64,000 bases of DNA from Marsupella aquatica (GCA_973895155.1 OZ316894.1:5996368-6060367); one strand, 5' to 3'. Numbered from the stretch's first letter, positions 13,901-26,557 are shown. Made by a program: numbers and translations. The notes: generated from the sequence alone by a model not told the origin.

Positions 13901-14315
13901 TGTCTTGAGCACAAACTCTAAGCAAAATTATTTGACACTAGATCTTTAAAACGTCAGAATCCCGGCGCTAGAATGTTAGAATCAATTGTCACTCATCCCA
14001 ATTGATCTGACCCATTTTAACCAGTCAAGCTTTGCACTTCAAACTTCTACCAACATTCCCTTCACCAATTAGTCCATTTGATACTGCAGCTGGAAATCGA
14101 GGGCACTCTTCCTCAAATTGCCCTCCCCGATCATCAATCTGTTGAACGCTACACGAGGAGAGGAATTGTCGCACAACTCATAGGTACAACTTCCGTGCAC
14201 ACATGAAGACTTCTGAAGAAATTAGAAACTGAAACTGAAACCAGGTGCCGAGCCATACCACGTCTCCCACGATCGCCAGGCGCAGCTGCGCCTGGCTGCT
14301 AATTGCTGCCGCCAT
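10975..14315 (-). CDS. Calcineurin-like metallophosphoesterase, TIGR04168-type, 9 exons
   Basis: Manual GT-AG splicing gives MAAAISSQAQLRLAIVGDV (14315-14259) | HDDWDTEIDGRALDCLK (13266-13216) | PDLVLFTG (13029-13008) | DFGDENVDVV..AAILGNHDCW | KGPRR..VQAQLDL | LGKSHVGY..SVVGGRP | ..IFLAHNGPTG | LGSDPSDICGKDW..GGDHGDPD | ..VPLVVFGHMHK..YSG*. All five metallophosphoesterase motifs are present (DxH, GD, GNHD, H, GHxH). Confidence 0.9.
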
Positions 14316-16144
14316 TGTTGCTCAATTGCTGGATCCTTCCTCTCTTCCGCCGTCCCCACCTTTCTCCACAGAGACTCCCGTTGACATGGTCACTGAACAG
14401 CGCACGCTTGAAAGCTATGGAGGAAGAATTCAAACCTGACGGCCATTTCTGTCTATCGTTCCACGTTCTTCTCGTCGTCCTTTGGAATTGTGAAAGAAAA
14501 CGACAAGACCCAACCTTCAAATCTGCGAGAAAGCCACCAGTGTGTCGGTTACAGCGGGCATTATTTCACTTATGATAGCTATCACTCTCGAGCGAAATCT
14601 TCAAAGTAATCCTTTCTCGTTGCTCTGCTCTGCTCTACTCCGGCCTCTGCTCCCAATTCCACAACCCAGCACACAAGAACCTCGATTGTGAACAATCCAT
14701 TCCAAATTCTCACAATAAATACTGGTGTAAAATTCCCGTCCGCCCGTCATCTCATTGCAAACTTTTGTTAAGTAATTTTTCCATATCCAGAATTCAGCTG
14801 AGGGGATCGGTGATTCGGGTTTTCTACCCTCTCTCACTATCTAAGCTGTGCAAAGCGCGAATGAAAAGAGCACGAGTCTGAATTCCACTTGTCCAGAAAC
14901 TAAAGAGAATTGAGTGCCCACCAAACACATCAGCCGCCCCCGTTAGCACTGGCATTTCTTCATCACTGAAAACGACGGTTCTTTTTGCCTCATCTCCACC
15001 CTGCTCCTTCTTTACAGGCTAACTCTGCTCCGAAACTCTGTCACCTACTTCACAACCGGGCCCAGTCTGCCGTCACACGATTCGCCGATTGCTTCTGCAG
15101 TTCTGCTGCGGGTAGCCTCCTCTCTACTCCCTAGAGTGGCTTCCCTTCTTGTTGTCACTGTGCTTTGGCGTCAGTGGATGGCCTTTGGTGTCCGTAACTC
15201 TGTCTGATTTGGCTGACTCCGCCTGCCAGACGTTCAGATGACACCGTGAGAGGTCATACTCAGCAGAGTATCTTTACTGTTTCCTTATGTAGTTCTGAAG
15301 CTCATGAAATCCTGATCTCCCATCTGCCCTGCCCTGCCCAACCCACCTAAAATTTTAGTTTTTGTAATAGCCAGACCTAGGACTTAGCAGTGACTGAGTG
15401 GCTTGGGTAGAGGAAGAGCTCAGGATGCGCTGCCCACAACAAGAGAGCTGACGTACCTACCAGTACCACTTGCACAAATCGCTTACTCGGAAGTAGAGCT
15501 CACGATGCTCCACAACCCAAAACGAACAACCTGAACCTGGTGCCATCTTGGAATGCTGTGGTGCACCAAGCTTCACAAGGCTTGAACTAATCACAACTGA
15601 ACGACCCTGTGCACAATTGGTGAGATTCATAGACGGGAACTAGCTGAAGTTTACTTCCACAAAGTTAACAGACTGCCCATCCTGGTTCCCGTTCTGAAAT
15701 GCACTAGGCTCTAGATTTTTCTGCTCTTTGTCGAATTTGGAGATACGTGTACTTCACAGTATAGTACTTTCTCAGCAGAAGATTTTTTGGTTTACTACAT
15801 TCTTAGCAGATGGCCTTTGGTACTTTCTTTCCCCTTGCCGTGTTTGGAGGTTCGTATGAATTGAATGGAACATTCAGTGGGCATGCTTGTAGGGTCTGTC
15901 CTTTTGAGGTGTTCGGAGATTGTTTGCTGTCCAGCTGGTTAGATTACAATTCTAGCATACTTGCAGCTTTTTACCGTACTTTCTATCCATCGCCCAACTT
16001 GGATAGCGGTGGGTCCTATCCATGTGTACTCTCCCTGACCATGTTGGGAGGCTCGATCGGATCAGATCAGATTACACTTCTGGCAAACATGCCGTCGAGC
16101 CTCTTATTTCTCGAGCCCGATTTGGACATCATTCTGTGTACGTT

Positions 16145-16175
16145 GAATTCAATTCAATTCAACTCAATTCAATTT
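16145..16175. repeat. (AATTC)n microsatellite
   Basis: Imperfect aattc run seen directly. Confidence 0.75.
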
Positions 16176-17004
16176 CATCTCACACAAGACAAGAGTTGAG
16201 GGACATCTGGTAGGTGTTGCTGTTAACACCATAGTAGTCCTTAGATACACATATACGAAACGAAAGAAAACAAAGCAAAACAAACAGACCAAATGCGCCA
16301 AGAAATGCTCCGCTAGACTATCTGCCATGCAATCGTCCAGATAAACATCGTGTACGTCCCTGTCACAGTAGTGAGCTCTAGATTCGTCTGTGCATTGTTA
16401 GGAAGCAAATATCTGTTGGGATATTTGCTGAACTGTAGAAAGAGGATGACTTTCTTCGGTAATTGGCACCTCCACTGTCTAGCAGTTGGATTAAGTAATG
16501 CGCAGAGGATCCACTTGCAGATTGAACTCAGGACCTGGTACTAAGACCTCATTCCTAGAAGCTGCCTCACCACCGTTGCGAAGATTTCTGTCTTACACCT
16601 AATTTGAAAAAGGTCGTCCCTCTCATATATTGCACAGAAAATTTTCGAGGTGTATCAAGATCAAGATGTGCCTTAAATCAAGACGAATTGTCATAAGTCT
16701 TTGAAGTCGGGAGTGACATTTATTTAACAGAAAAACAAGTACAAATCATATGACTGAACTGACCTCGCTAACTTTCTACTGCGAATCATCATCGTGAGGT
16801 AGTGCTCTCTCAGCTTCCAGATTTTGAACAACCAACTGGCTCAGGAAACTGATGGATAGCGCAATTGCTTCGTGTTATTTGATGAGCAGGTGCCTAACTG
16901 ACATCCACAGTAGGTATCAGGTCAATTCTAAAACTCTGACCATGGTTTTATGACAACTCAGCGACGGAAATGATTTGTTTGACACCGAGCAAATGGCGCG
17001 CGGG

Positions 17005-20000
17005 TCAGTCTAACTTCAAAGCTTCAATCACTGCAGAAAAATCATCGTCCCCGTGGCCCTCGGTTTTGGCTCGTTCATACAGCATATTCGCACATGCCGC
17101 CACAGGTATAGACTGTGCCACTTCCTCAGCCATTTCCAAAACCAATCGAAGATCCTGCGACAACATTTGACAGTTGAATTTGGCGAGAAGTACTTGAGCA
17201 GGAATATTCCAACTGTAATCGAGGAAATTCCAAGTCTTTGATCTGGATCTACGCACTTGCCCTCGAGATAGTTGTAGACATACCTTTTGTTGATGCTTTA
17301 GAGGAAACGCCGGGGGATATGCTCCTTTCAACATCGAGGGTCCTTTCAATGCGAACATGGGTGCATTGATTGTACCTTGACCTACAACCTGGAATGGCAA
17401 AACGAGAACAGCAGCTCAGTCACAGCTTCAGTATTCTGAAAGGTAAGAACCAAAAACAGTTGAATAAATCGGAGTGGAGTGGTCAGTTACAGTACCTTAA
17501 CAATGGTCTCCGGATCAAGCCCAACCTTGCTTCCTAGGACCAAGCCTTCTGAAAATGATGCCATCATACTGCCACCGACCAGCCCCCGTTAGTGCGGTAT
17601 GAAAGCTAGAAGCGTGCTTGCTGCTTGCAGCACCTCAATTCGTGCTAAGTCATTACTTATCCAGTACCTTACTAAACTTAAAAGTCTGGACTATCAATTG
17701 ATCCAGACGGTCAATTACCAACAACCTATGGATTGCCCACTGCAAGTGATGTGAAACACTGACGTTATCATTACATGAACACAATACTGCATATTGTTCG
17801 TAGTGTCTGCCAGATTGTTCACCTGCCCATGACCATATTCACGACCAGCTTCATGGCAGCACCTTTCCCAACCTCCCCTAAATAGAATCTTGACTGCATT
17901 CCAGCAATCATTCAGGATGGAAACTGTTTAGCGGGTGCTCGCTCACATAAATCCAACTGTATAGTGCAGATTATTCCAATTATATAGTGCAGAGAGGAAC
18001 ACGATCTATCGAAAGCAAACAAACAAGGCAAGAGTCGTTTTTACCTTCCCCATCACATCCAGCATTGGTGAACTTTTATCATAAAGAGCTTCGTCTCCTG
18101 AAACAAAGAGGACACCCCATAGGTATAAGGAGACCCAGCTTTAGGAGTTGGCAACTACATAGTGGCAAATTAGATTCTGGCCTGAGCCAGAAAAAAATTC
18201 TGACCCTTAACCACCAATCTTTCAGTGCATAAGCATTTCGAACCAAAGCTTCTATTTCCTGTGCTACATTGTGCGAACTAACCACCTGCCCGATAGACTC
18301 TTACAAAAGCGGCCCGGATGAACACTTCAGTTATAGAAGTCGTTCCAGTAAGAATAGTTGCGATGCTTAACGACAATGGTCTGCAACATCCGGAAATCGT
18401 ACCTGCTGCGAGAAATATTAGGGCGCCATCTTCTGCGGGCTTCTTTGAACCTGATACTGGAGCCTGCTCCACAACTAATCCACATTTCAGGCAACTCACC
18501 AATTTAGATTCTTTCTCTCAAAATTGGCACAAACAATACACTCAAAACAACACCGGAATTCTTGGGGTCCTACCTCGTCAGGTGTGAAGAGCCATAGCGG
18601 CAAACATAAGACAATGTATAGCAAATTCTTGAACCAACTACGATTGATTTCACAATGTCGATATTTTCAAGCTCTCAAAAAGTATATGGTCAAAGAAACC
18701 ACGCACGAAAATTACCTCAAGAAATTGGGCCCCAGTGGATCTTACACCGTCGGCAATGAGTTTTGAAGTTTCTACATCGACTGTTGATACATCAACGTAC
18801 CTATCATACGAACAACGATTAATATTAATGGAGTAGTAACGCATTTTACTGCTGATACTGACAGTTCCAGAACCCACAAAACGTAAAGCCAACTCTACTC
18901 TTATAGAAGCAAAAATGAGCCTCATCTGCAGAACGTACACAAATGAGTAGCCAAACTGTCGGAATTCTCTAATTCATAATAGTTTAGCCATCATTACTGA
19001 GCTAACCCAGTCAAAACTAAAGGCAGAGACGACAACAGGAACAAACGGCCCGGTAAACTAACCCTTTATTTGGTCCAAGACCCTTCACTGCTCCGTCTTC
19101 TCCTAATGCAACAGCGATCTGCACCAAGTCTTCACATATCAACCTTCAACATCGGCACAGATGTATGTCCATAAAGCAATGATCTCGTACTGAGTATCAG
19201 GACACACTCAGCAGACAATCGTTACTCCAAACGAACTAAGGATCACAAGTTCTGACTCGCAGTGCATAGTTCTGTCTTTACAAAAGTAATTTGACAGAGA
19301 ATAGGTCATACCGCCGCAGCAGGGTCCGCCAGCATTGCAAAGGTGATATCACAAGCAGCTGCTGTTTCTTGCGGTGATGATCCATACCTGTTGAAAGTGA
19401 GACGAGCTTCATCATTCAATGGTTTCTAAAATCATCTGACCAGCAAAGTAGCTACTAGAACCCAGAATAAGGCCCTATGAGAGGTGGTGAGAAGGTAAAT
19501 ATCCTGAAGTTAACGAAACTTGTAGCTACATATCCTTTCTATGCCACCAGTACTGTACATTTACTCGTATTAATGTGGAAAGAATGGACATGGTGTCGAA
19601 CGAAGTAGATTGAAGCAACGGCAATAATTCAGCTGCAACTTTACAAGGTGTTGGAAACTTACTTCGCCCCTTCCTTGACAAGTACATCGCACTTGTTTGG
19701 AGTTCTGTTCCAGACAGTTACGCTATATCTTAAAACAGGAAACACAACGTCTCAGTCCCTATAATATTGCCCAAGCTGCAAGAGCTTCAATTCAGGTTAA
19801 ATTGTTGACGCTGTAAGATCGGCACTCAGATGAACTACGGCAGTACGTAGGCTTTCTAAAGTCTAGCAAATCTAAGAAATAATTCAAAACAACCCAATTT
19901 TTTGTGGAATCTTGGTATATAAAGTTGGCTCCAGAACGTCTACTCGAAGACCAATTCAAGATCGAGCCATACGTACAACAATGCTATGTTCAATTATGTA

Positions 20001-21185
20001 GCTTGTGCAGAACGCCGAAACCCTCTTAACATGGATTGATCCAATTAACATGATTTATCTAAACTTCAGCCCTTTGTTCTGAACTGTACTTAGGAATACA
20101 CGTACCCTGCGTTGATAAGATTGCGGGCCATTGCAAAGCCCATTATCCCAAGTCCCAAAAAGCCAACAGCGGGCAGATTTTCAGTCTCACCTACACACAA
20201 AGTCCAAAGTAACTTTTTATAACAGGGAATTTGAAAGACTTGCACAGGAGCATAATTGAATCCATCCCACTTTCATACACTCCGCGGGCTCCATCCAAAA
20301 CACAACGTTGTTCATTTTCAAATACGCGGTTCTAAGGGAATATACACTAAAAATTATGAAGATATTCTGCCACCTTAACTTCGAGATCAGTATTAAACCA
20401 AAATTATAACTTCTGATTTTCAATATATGAAGTCCCATCCCTGTTTCATACACCTCATTGAATGCAAATGTGTCCTCGATTTTTAGTCTATGGTTCTAAT
20501 AGAACTGGAAATGATTCCATGAAATTCAAGCCCTCCCAAATTCATTGTTTCTCACCAACTTGTCGATTGCATTAAAACTTGTCGATTGCATTTAGTGCTC
20601 AAAAATGAAGATCAGTTCAATCTAGAACAAGATGATGAACCATCACCAAAAACAAAGCTGCTCCACTCAAAATCGAAGATATTCGGAGAGAGAAAAATGG
20701 GGATAGCTGAATTGCCTGGGGAGCTTTACTGTACTAGACGGGCAGGTTGGCACGAGAAAACAAAGCCAGACCCTCGAAATTGAGCCGAAATTTAAAGCAC
20801 AATTCTCAGTCAACAAAAGGAAAGCATTCCCTACATGAAAGAACTCTAAACTAATCGTCCGATCTCAACGCGTACCAGAAGCTCCAGAACCTGAGCTGGC
20901 ACGGGCATTGCAGGTTCGAGAAGGGGGAATGAGGGGCAGACAACGATGGCGACAAGACAGAGCGTGGCCGGTGAGATTGACGAGCGGATGCTGCAAGCCT
21001 AGCGATGGCGACAATCTCCATCCCAGCTGCTGCTGCAGAGGCGGGAGAAATGCTGATTTCGCTGTTGGGCACAACGATAAATTACTACTCAGATTGGGCG
21101 GAGTGTGTAGCGAGCACATGAGGGTCATTTCGCCCTGCAATGGAGTTGTGTGTGCGTGCGCTGAAATCATCGATGCTCTCTCCAT
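17005..21185 (-). CDS. GLYR2: Glyoxylate/succinic semialdehyde reductase, plastid-type, 12 exons
   Basis: Spliced exons give a transit-peptide-like exon 1 (21185-20876), then VGFLGLGIMGFAMARNL, VWNRT, FAMLADP, YVDVSTVD, FLEAPVSGSKKPAEDG, GAAMKLVVNMVMGSMMASFSEG, FPLKHQQKDLRL and GDDDFSAVIEALK. These are diagnostic GLYR motifs, and the long N-terminal extension indicates the plastid isoform. Confidence 0.93.
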
Positions 21186-21495
21186 CGCCACGAGAAAGTT
21201 CGTCCAGTGCAGAATAATGGATCACTTCCTTCTTTTCGGAAACTCCACCTCTCTTCTCATCCAGCGTTCTCAAGGTTTAACCTCAGGTTAAGCTCAGGCT
21301 AAGCTGAGTTAAACTCAGGAACCCCGATTAGATGTCAACTGTACTTTTCTGTCGTGCGTTGCCAATAAGTGAACTCTCTCTAAGTGCACCCTCCAGGGAA
21401 AGTCATTGAACCCAACCCTGAACTGATAATGCACTCCACTTTTATTTTATTTGTCTGGTATGCACTCTGTTCTAAGTGGATAAGTATGATGTAAG

Positions 21496-21633
21496 TAAGT
21501 GCAAGATTTAACACCTGGATAGGTTTGATTTAAATAAGTGCAAGATTTAACACCTGGATAGGTTTGATTTAAATAAGTGCAAGATTTAACACCTGGATAA
21601 GTTTGATTTAAGTAAGTCCAAGATTTAACACCT
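21496..21633. repeat. 39 bp tandem repeat x3.5 upstream of GLYR2
   Basis: taagtgcaagatttaacacctggataggtttgatttaaa starts at 21496, 21535, 21574 and 21613 (partial). Confidence 0.92.
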
Positions 21634-22398
21634 TGCCTTCCTCTATAAAATTTAAGATTGTAAGTTCACTCAATCAAATCCGGGCAATACTTTGTAAGTG
21701 GAATATAGACACTTCAGATATTGCCGCTACATACAAGAAAACCTGGTGGATGCAGGTCATAATAGTTAGTCAATAGGGCGTCTCAAACATTGCAGGACGC
21801 GGAATTTTTCCACGCCCGGAAGTTCGCGGCGCGGGACGCAGGCACAAAGTGTGCGACCGTCCGAGTTGGCTTCCGCACTTTTGCGCCCGGGTTTTTCCGC
21901 CAACCCGGGAGGCCGCGGATATGGGTTTAGGCTCAGGTACGACCTGACCATGGTTAACTGTATTCAACGCCTCCACTTGCTGCGCCGTGCCAAGCCACAT
22001 CAGTCTCAGGCATTGAGGAAGGAATCGGGAGAACGTTGAGCGCTCGACATTTTTGAACTCGAGCGCATCGAGTATCAACGCATCCTGTGTGCTCGAACTT
22101 TCACTTTCCACGATCTTTGCAGTGGGCAGAAACCAAGCATTTCGTGCAACCATCGATTATCAGTCTGATAAGTGTCAGGGCGAGGGCGACTACTGAAGCA
22201 GCTCGACATTATTGTGTGCGAGTGGAGTACCGGCAAGCCGTGTGGGAGTTGCTGAGAAGAAGTACTTGCTGGAGGTGAGTCGCTCATCTCCGTATTGACA
22301 TTTCCTAATAATGCAAGCCTTTTTTAAAATGAGGTTGAGGCGGAGACGCTGGCCGTGGATTAGCTGATTTCGGGCGTTCTTTTTCTCTTGCTCAGGCC

Positions 22399-23046
22399 AT
22401 GGCTCAGTGGACACCCATTTCAGACGTTGAGAAGGACAGGGTTGCTGGGAAATTCGAAAAATACCCCCCCTCCCTGGTCTGGGCCGCTAACTATGTTGCA
22501 CGTAATCCATATCCCCGGAAATTTATATACTCTGCTTGTCCACATGTAACAGACAATGGACTTATCTGTGGGAAATCCCTTGAGTTCGGACCTCGTTGTG
22601 GCCATACATCACCAGGCCAGGCAAAGTTTAGATTCCAGCTTGTTTTATTTGATGCAGCACATGGACCTTGCAAACCTACGAAGGCATTAATTTGGGATAC
22701 TGCCTGCACTTTGTTGAACACCTCTGCATTTGAGTTCAGTAGACTGACTAAACTAGACCAGTTAAGTTTGGTTGAGTCAATTGTACAAAAATGTCCCAAG
22801 CTTCAGGTATCATTTGAAGTTAGGGGACACGAATTGCACGTCCAACGGCTGGTCATTGTTGATAGTGTTGTCTGTATGATAAGTCCCCAATATGTTGGAT
22901 CTTCCAGTACCATGAGCCCTGACTTTAGGACACCCAAGAAGGACCCAGAAAACGCTTCCCCTAGTACTCCTGCTAAGCATACCAGTGCCAAAAAAATACT
23001 TGCAGACCTCATTGAGCAATTGACGGGGGCTGATCTAGATGACTGA
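22399..23046 (+). CDS. RPA70 C-terminal-like OB-fold / zinc-ribbon protein inside the Harbinger element
   Basis: 215 aa intact ORF. FIYSACP-x8-CGKSL..RCGH..KFRFQLVLFD...ALIWD..CTLLNTSAFEF follows the Rep_fac-A_C pattern (YxAC..CxKK..C..RYxlxlxixD..llgxsa.el). A splice acceptor (ctcag) lies 3 nt before the ATG. Confidence 0.65.
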   Translation: MAQWTPISDVEKDRVAGKFEKYPPSLVWAANYVARNPYPRKFIYSACPHVTDNGLICGKSLEFGPRCGHTSPGQAKFRFQLVLFDAAHGPCKPTKALIWDTACTLLNTSAFEFSRLTKLDQLSLVESIVQKCPKLQVSFEVRGHELHVQRLVIVDSVVCMISPQYVGSSSTMSPDFRTPKKDPENASPSTPAKHTSAKKILADLIEQLTGADLDD

Positions 23047-23278
23047 AATCTAATCTTGTTGGAGATACAGACATTTGTGGCTGGTTGTCATTGGGTTTCA
23101 AGGACACCAAAACCACTGTACTGTACTCTGTTCTTTTGAGAAATAAAGTGTATTGCCTCCTGTGTGTGAATTTGTTGGTGAATTTAAGTCTCTGGAGTTC
23201 TCCATCTCAATTTCAGTACTATATTTACCATATTTCTTAGCACATGATGTATTCCTTCAAACGGTGTTGCAGGAAACC

Positions 23279-24798
23279 ATGCCTCGAGTTTCTGAGAGGC
23301 AATATCAGTTGAGACTTGTGAAGCAAAAGCTTGAAGTCACTTTGGCTTTACAAGACTCCGCATCCGACTCTGATGTGGACTCCATCCAGGGGACTATTGG
23401 TTCTCTAGAGAATATCGGCTCTGGTTGTTTCTCCAGCGAATCAGATGATGCTGACACTGGTAACTTGGATTCCTCATCTGAATCTGAAACGGAGGACAAT
23501 GTTGGTGACTGTGAAGCGAACCCAAAAGACCTATTGGAGTTGTACTTTATTTTGTACAACTCAAGGTACTTGGTTCCCCGACATGTAACACCTAAGTCTA
23601 ATGAATTTGCAACTCAGTTTTTCCATAATTTACCAGACAGATTATTTAGGCAGCTCACCCGCATGACCAAAACTTCATTCTTTACTCTTGTGGACCTTAT
23701 AACCCCACACCTTGTGTTTCAGAATGATTCCTTTTGTCAGCAGGCACCAATTGTTCGCCAGTTGGCTGTTTGCCTAGATCGCCTAGGCCATGACGGTAAT
23801 GGGGCATGCTTGAACCACATGATCCCCACATGGGGGGTCAGCAATGGGAGTCTCATAAACTTTTCCAATAGGTGTTTCAAAGCCCTGGAGAATGTGCTTG
23901 ACGATTACATACAGTGGCCTACATCACGAGAGCGAGCAGTTTTGAGCCAGGAGTTTGCTGCACATGGGTTTCCAGGCTGTGTTGGCCTTATAGACGGTTC
24001 TCTTCTTCCCCTAGCCCAACGTCCATTTGCTCACGGGGAATGCTACTATGACCGAAAGAGCAGATACTCTATGAATGTACAGGTGGTGTGTGACAACAAA
24101 AGGAAAATTTTGTATATGTTCTCAGGTACTTGTACCCCTCTAAACATACTTGCCTTATTGTAATTCAGGCTGTATAGACCTGTTGCTAATGTTTAGGGTA
24201 CTACTTATTATGAACTGGAATTGTTGTGCATTTTGCAGGAATGCCTGGGTCATGCTCTGACTTGACTTGCCTATGAAAATCGCCTCTATGGAGCTTCTGC
24301 ACTGATGTCAACAGTAACAACCTATTTGAAGAGGGGCAGTACATCTTAGGGGACAGTGGGTACCATGCATTACCTCATCTTGTGTGTGCCTTCAAGAGGG
24401 CTGACATGATTCTTGATAAGGAGGATTTTAATACCTGTGTGGCCAAGTGCCGTGTGACCAATGAACATTGCATAGGAGTGCTTAAATCATGGTGGCATTC
24501 TCTTAAGGAGGTTAGGACTCAATTAAATAGGCCCAAAGATAGTGTCTGGCTGGTAACGTGGGTTTCTCTATGTGGGAAGTTACATAATTATGTAATTTCC
24601 CAAAATGATTTGTGGACTGAGGCAGATGAGGCAGAAGACATATTGCCCAATGAAGAAGAGGTGGGACGCCGTGGTTCTGGACGAGTGTCAAGGCGTGGAA
24701 TAGTACAGGCAGGAAATAGTCTACTTGTGAGGGTCATGGACCATGCCCTTCAATTCAATCGCAGACCAGGCAGATTCTTGTACTCAGAACGAGACTGA
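23279..24798 (+). pseudogene. Harbinger (HARBI1/DDE_Tnp_4-like) transposase with one intron and an in-frame stop
   Basis: FRQLTRMTKTSF, GFPGCVGLIDG, YYDRKSRYSMNVQVVCD, intron 24126-24238, PGSCSD, TGA at 24274-24276, YILGDSGY, FN..RVTNEHCIGVLKSWW and LHNY. Confidence 0.92.
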
Positions 24799-25477
24799 GT
24801 GGTTTGTACTTGCCAAGCAGTCAATCACACACTTGTTTGACTACAGTGGTGATGTGATATGGGTTGTCGAAGGCGAAGGACCTTATGAAAGGGTTGACTG
24901 GTTACTACTACTTATGTTCGTGGCCGAGTTTGGTTTTTTCTTAGTGCTATTCTTGGAGCTTTTTTGTGGCTGTTCGTGGACAGCACTTTCTCCTCTAACA
25001 AGGTCAATCGGTTGGGAGAGCGATAGCGAGCATTGCCCTAACCTGAACGACTTTCGTAACATGGAGAACCAACATCCCCCATTGTGGCTCATTGACACCG
25101 AGGACTTTGCCACAGACCGATTTTTCTTGGGCATCTGGAATTTTCCGACCTGGCCAAGACGAGTTCGGGAGTGGTTTGAGGAGTATTTTGGACAAGTTCA
25201 CAACTTTCAGAATACATGGCGATCTGTGCAAGTGCTCTGCATTGATTGGGATAAGTTCTTTGACTTTGCACATGAAGTCTTGGAAGCTGATAGCAGTGAC
25301 GACAAATGCAGCTTTACCTCCACGATGACAGAGCTAGTGAGCTCCATTTCAGATGATGGTGATGTCGGTACAAGTGCTGCAGACTCGGCCGTGGAGAGCT
25401 CGAGTGGTTGTGTTCAGGCTAAATGGGAGGTGCCAGGCCATTCAGATTGTGCAAATGGGCAGGGCGGTCGTCCATGA
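24743..25477 (+). CDS. Possible additional ORF of unknown function in the Harbinger element (alternative ATG at 25061)
   Basis: 244-codon open frame with a Trp/Phe-rich core, while the antisense frames are broken by stops. No family recognised. Confidence 0.25.
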   Translation: MPFNSIADQADSCTQNETEWFVLAKQSITHLFDYSGDVIWVVEGEGPYERVDWLLLLMFVAEFGFFLVLFLELFCGCSWTALSPLTRSIGWESDSEHCPNLNDFRNMENQHPPLWLIDTEDFATDRFFLGIWNFPTWPRRVREWFEEYFGQVHNFQNTWRSVQVLCIDWDKFFDFAHEVLEADSSDDKCSFTSTMTELVSSISDDGDVGTSAADSAVESSSGCVQAKWEVPGHSDCANGQGGRP

Positions 25478-26557
25478 CTTCCCCATTTACGGAGGCTTTT
25501 CCCATTTGGGCGATTGTAGCTTGAGTGCTACTTCGGTTGCGCTGCGTTCCTAACAGATGGCGTTTAGGGGTCCACAGACCTTCGTAATATTGGGGGTTTT
25601 TTGGCTAGGCAGCATACTAGCTCGGTGATTTCGGAAGCTCTAGCGCAGGTTGTAACTTCATAAGGACAGAGTTGTCCTTCACTATGTATAATGCCTGCCC
25701 TTTTTGTAAAGAAATATTCATTTTTGTAACGTTGTATTCCTCTCTGTTTGACTTGGAACCCTACTCGCATTTTTCTCACAGGCTGTGTTCTTAGATTGTG
25801 AATTGCATGGGGTCATCAACCAATGTTGGTTTTCTTTACCGAGCGTTTGACTGTCAGAACTTGTTCTGCGCTATCTGATGGTGGATCGTGCAAAGTCAAT
25901 GTTGGGTGGGTAGGATTATAAATGCTCCTTGCAGCTCAAGAGGTTGCGGCTCATTTTGGCCGGTTATCGCTCATTCTGATTGCCTCTAATTTTGGGCGAG
26001 AGAGCGCATCACACAAGGATAGGATTGCAGAAACCTCTTATGGACTTTATGTTCTCTGCAAATCATAGAGAGTATGTGGCAGAGAAGGAGGAGCCAAAGA
26101 CGATTGAGTGTTGACGAGGTTGAGGAGAAAGAAAAGGGTTCAGGTTGACAAGTCTCTCTGCTAGATTGAAGAAGAAGACTCACGACAGTGAGAAGTCTTC
26201 AACAGCAAGCATCCATCCCGAAAGGTAAGATGGCAAGATATCAGATTCCTTGCAAGGTGGGAAAAACTCAGCACACATCCACAGAAAGCACTCTTTTGCA
26301 CACGACATGGTCAAACAAAAGGTGAACAGGTTGCACACATTTTACGCACATTCACATTTCACACCGATGAAATTGGGCCTAAACTCATGAAGTGTCAAAG
26401 GCGAATCGAAGGCGATTCTTGCATTTATACAGAACAAACACAATGAATAATAGTGACTCATCAAATTGTGTGTGCACACACAATCTTGTACTTTTATAAC
26501 TAATCAGAACTAAAAAAGACAAATATAAGAAAACCTCACAGAGCTCTGTGAAAATTC

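Noticed and set aside
18840-18940. N-terminal part of ORF 18650-18940 as a GLYR2 exon
   Set aside because: It is intronic read-through. The real exon (IAVALGEDGAVKGLGPNKG) lies at ~19070-19125.
8318-21633. 61 bp and 39 bp arrays as CRISPR-like repeats
   Set aside because: They are head-to-tail tandem units with no unique spacers, there are no cas genes, and the context is eukaryotic.
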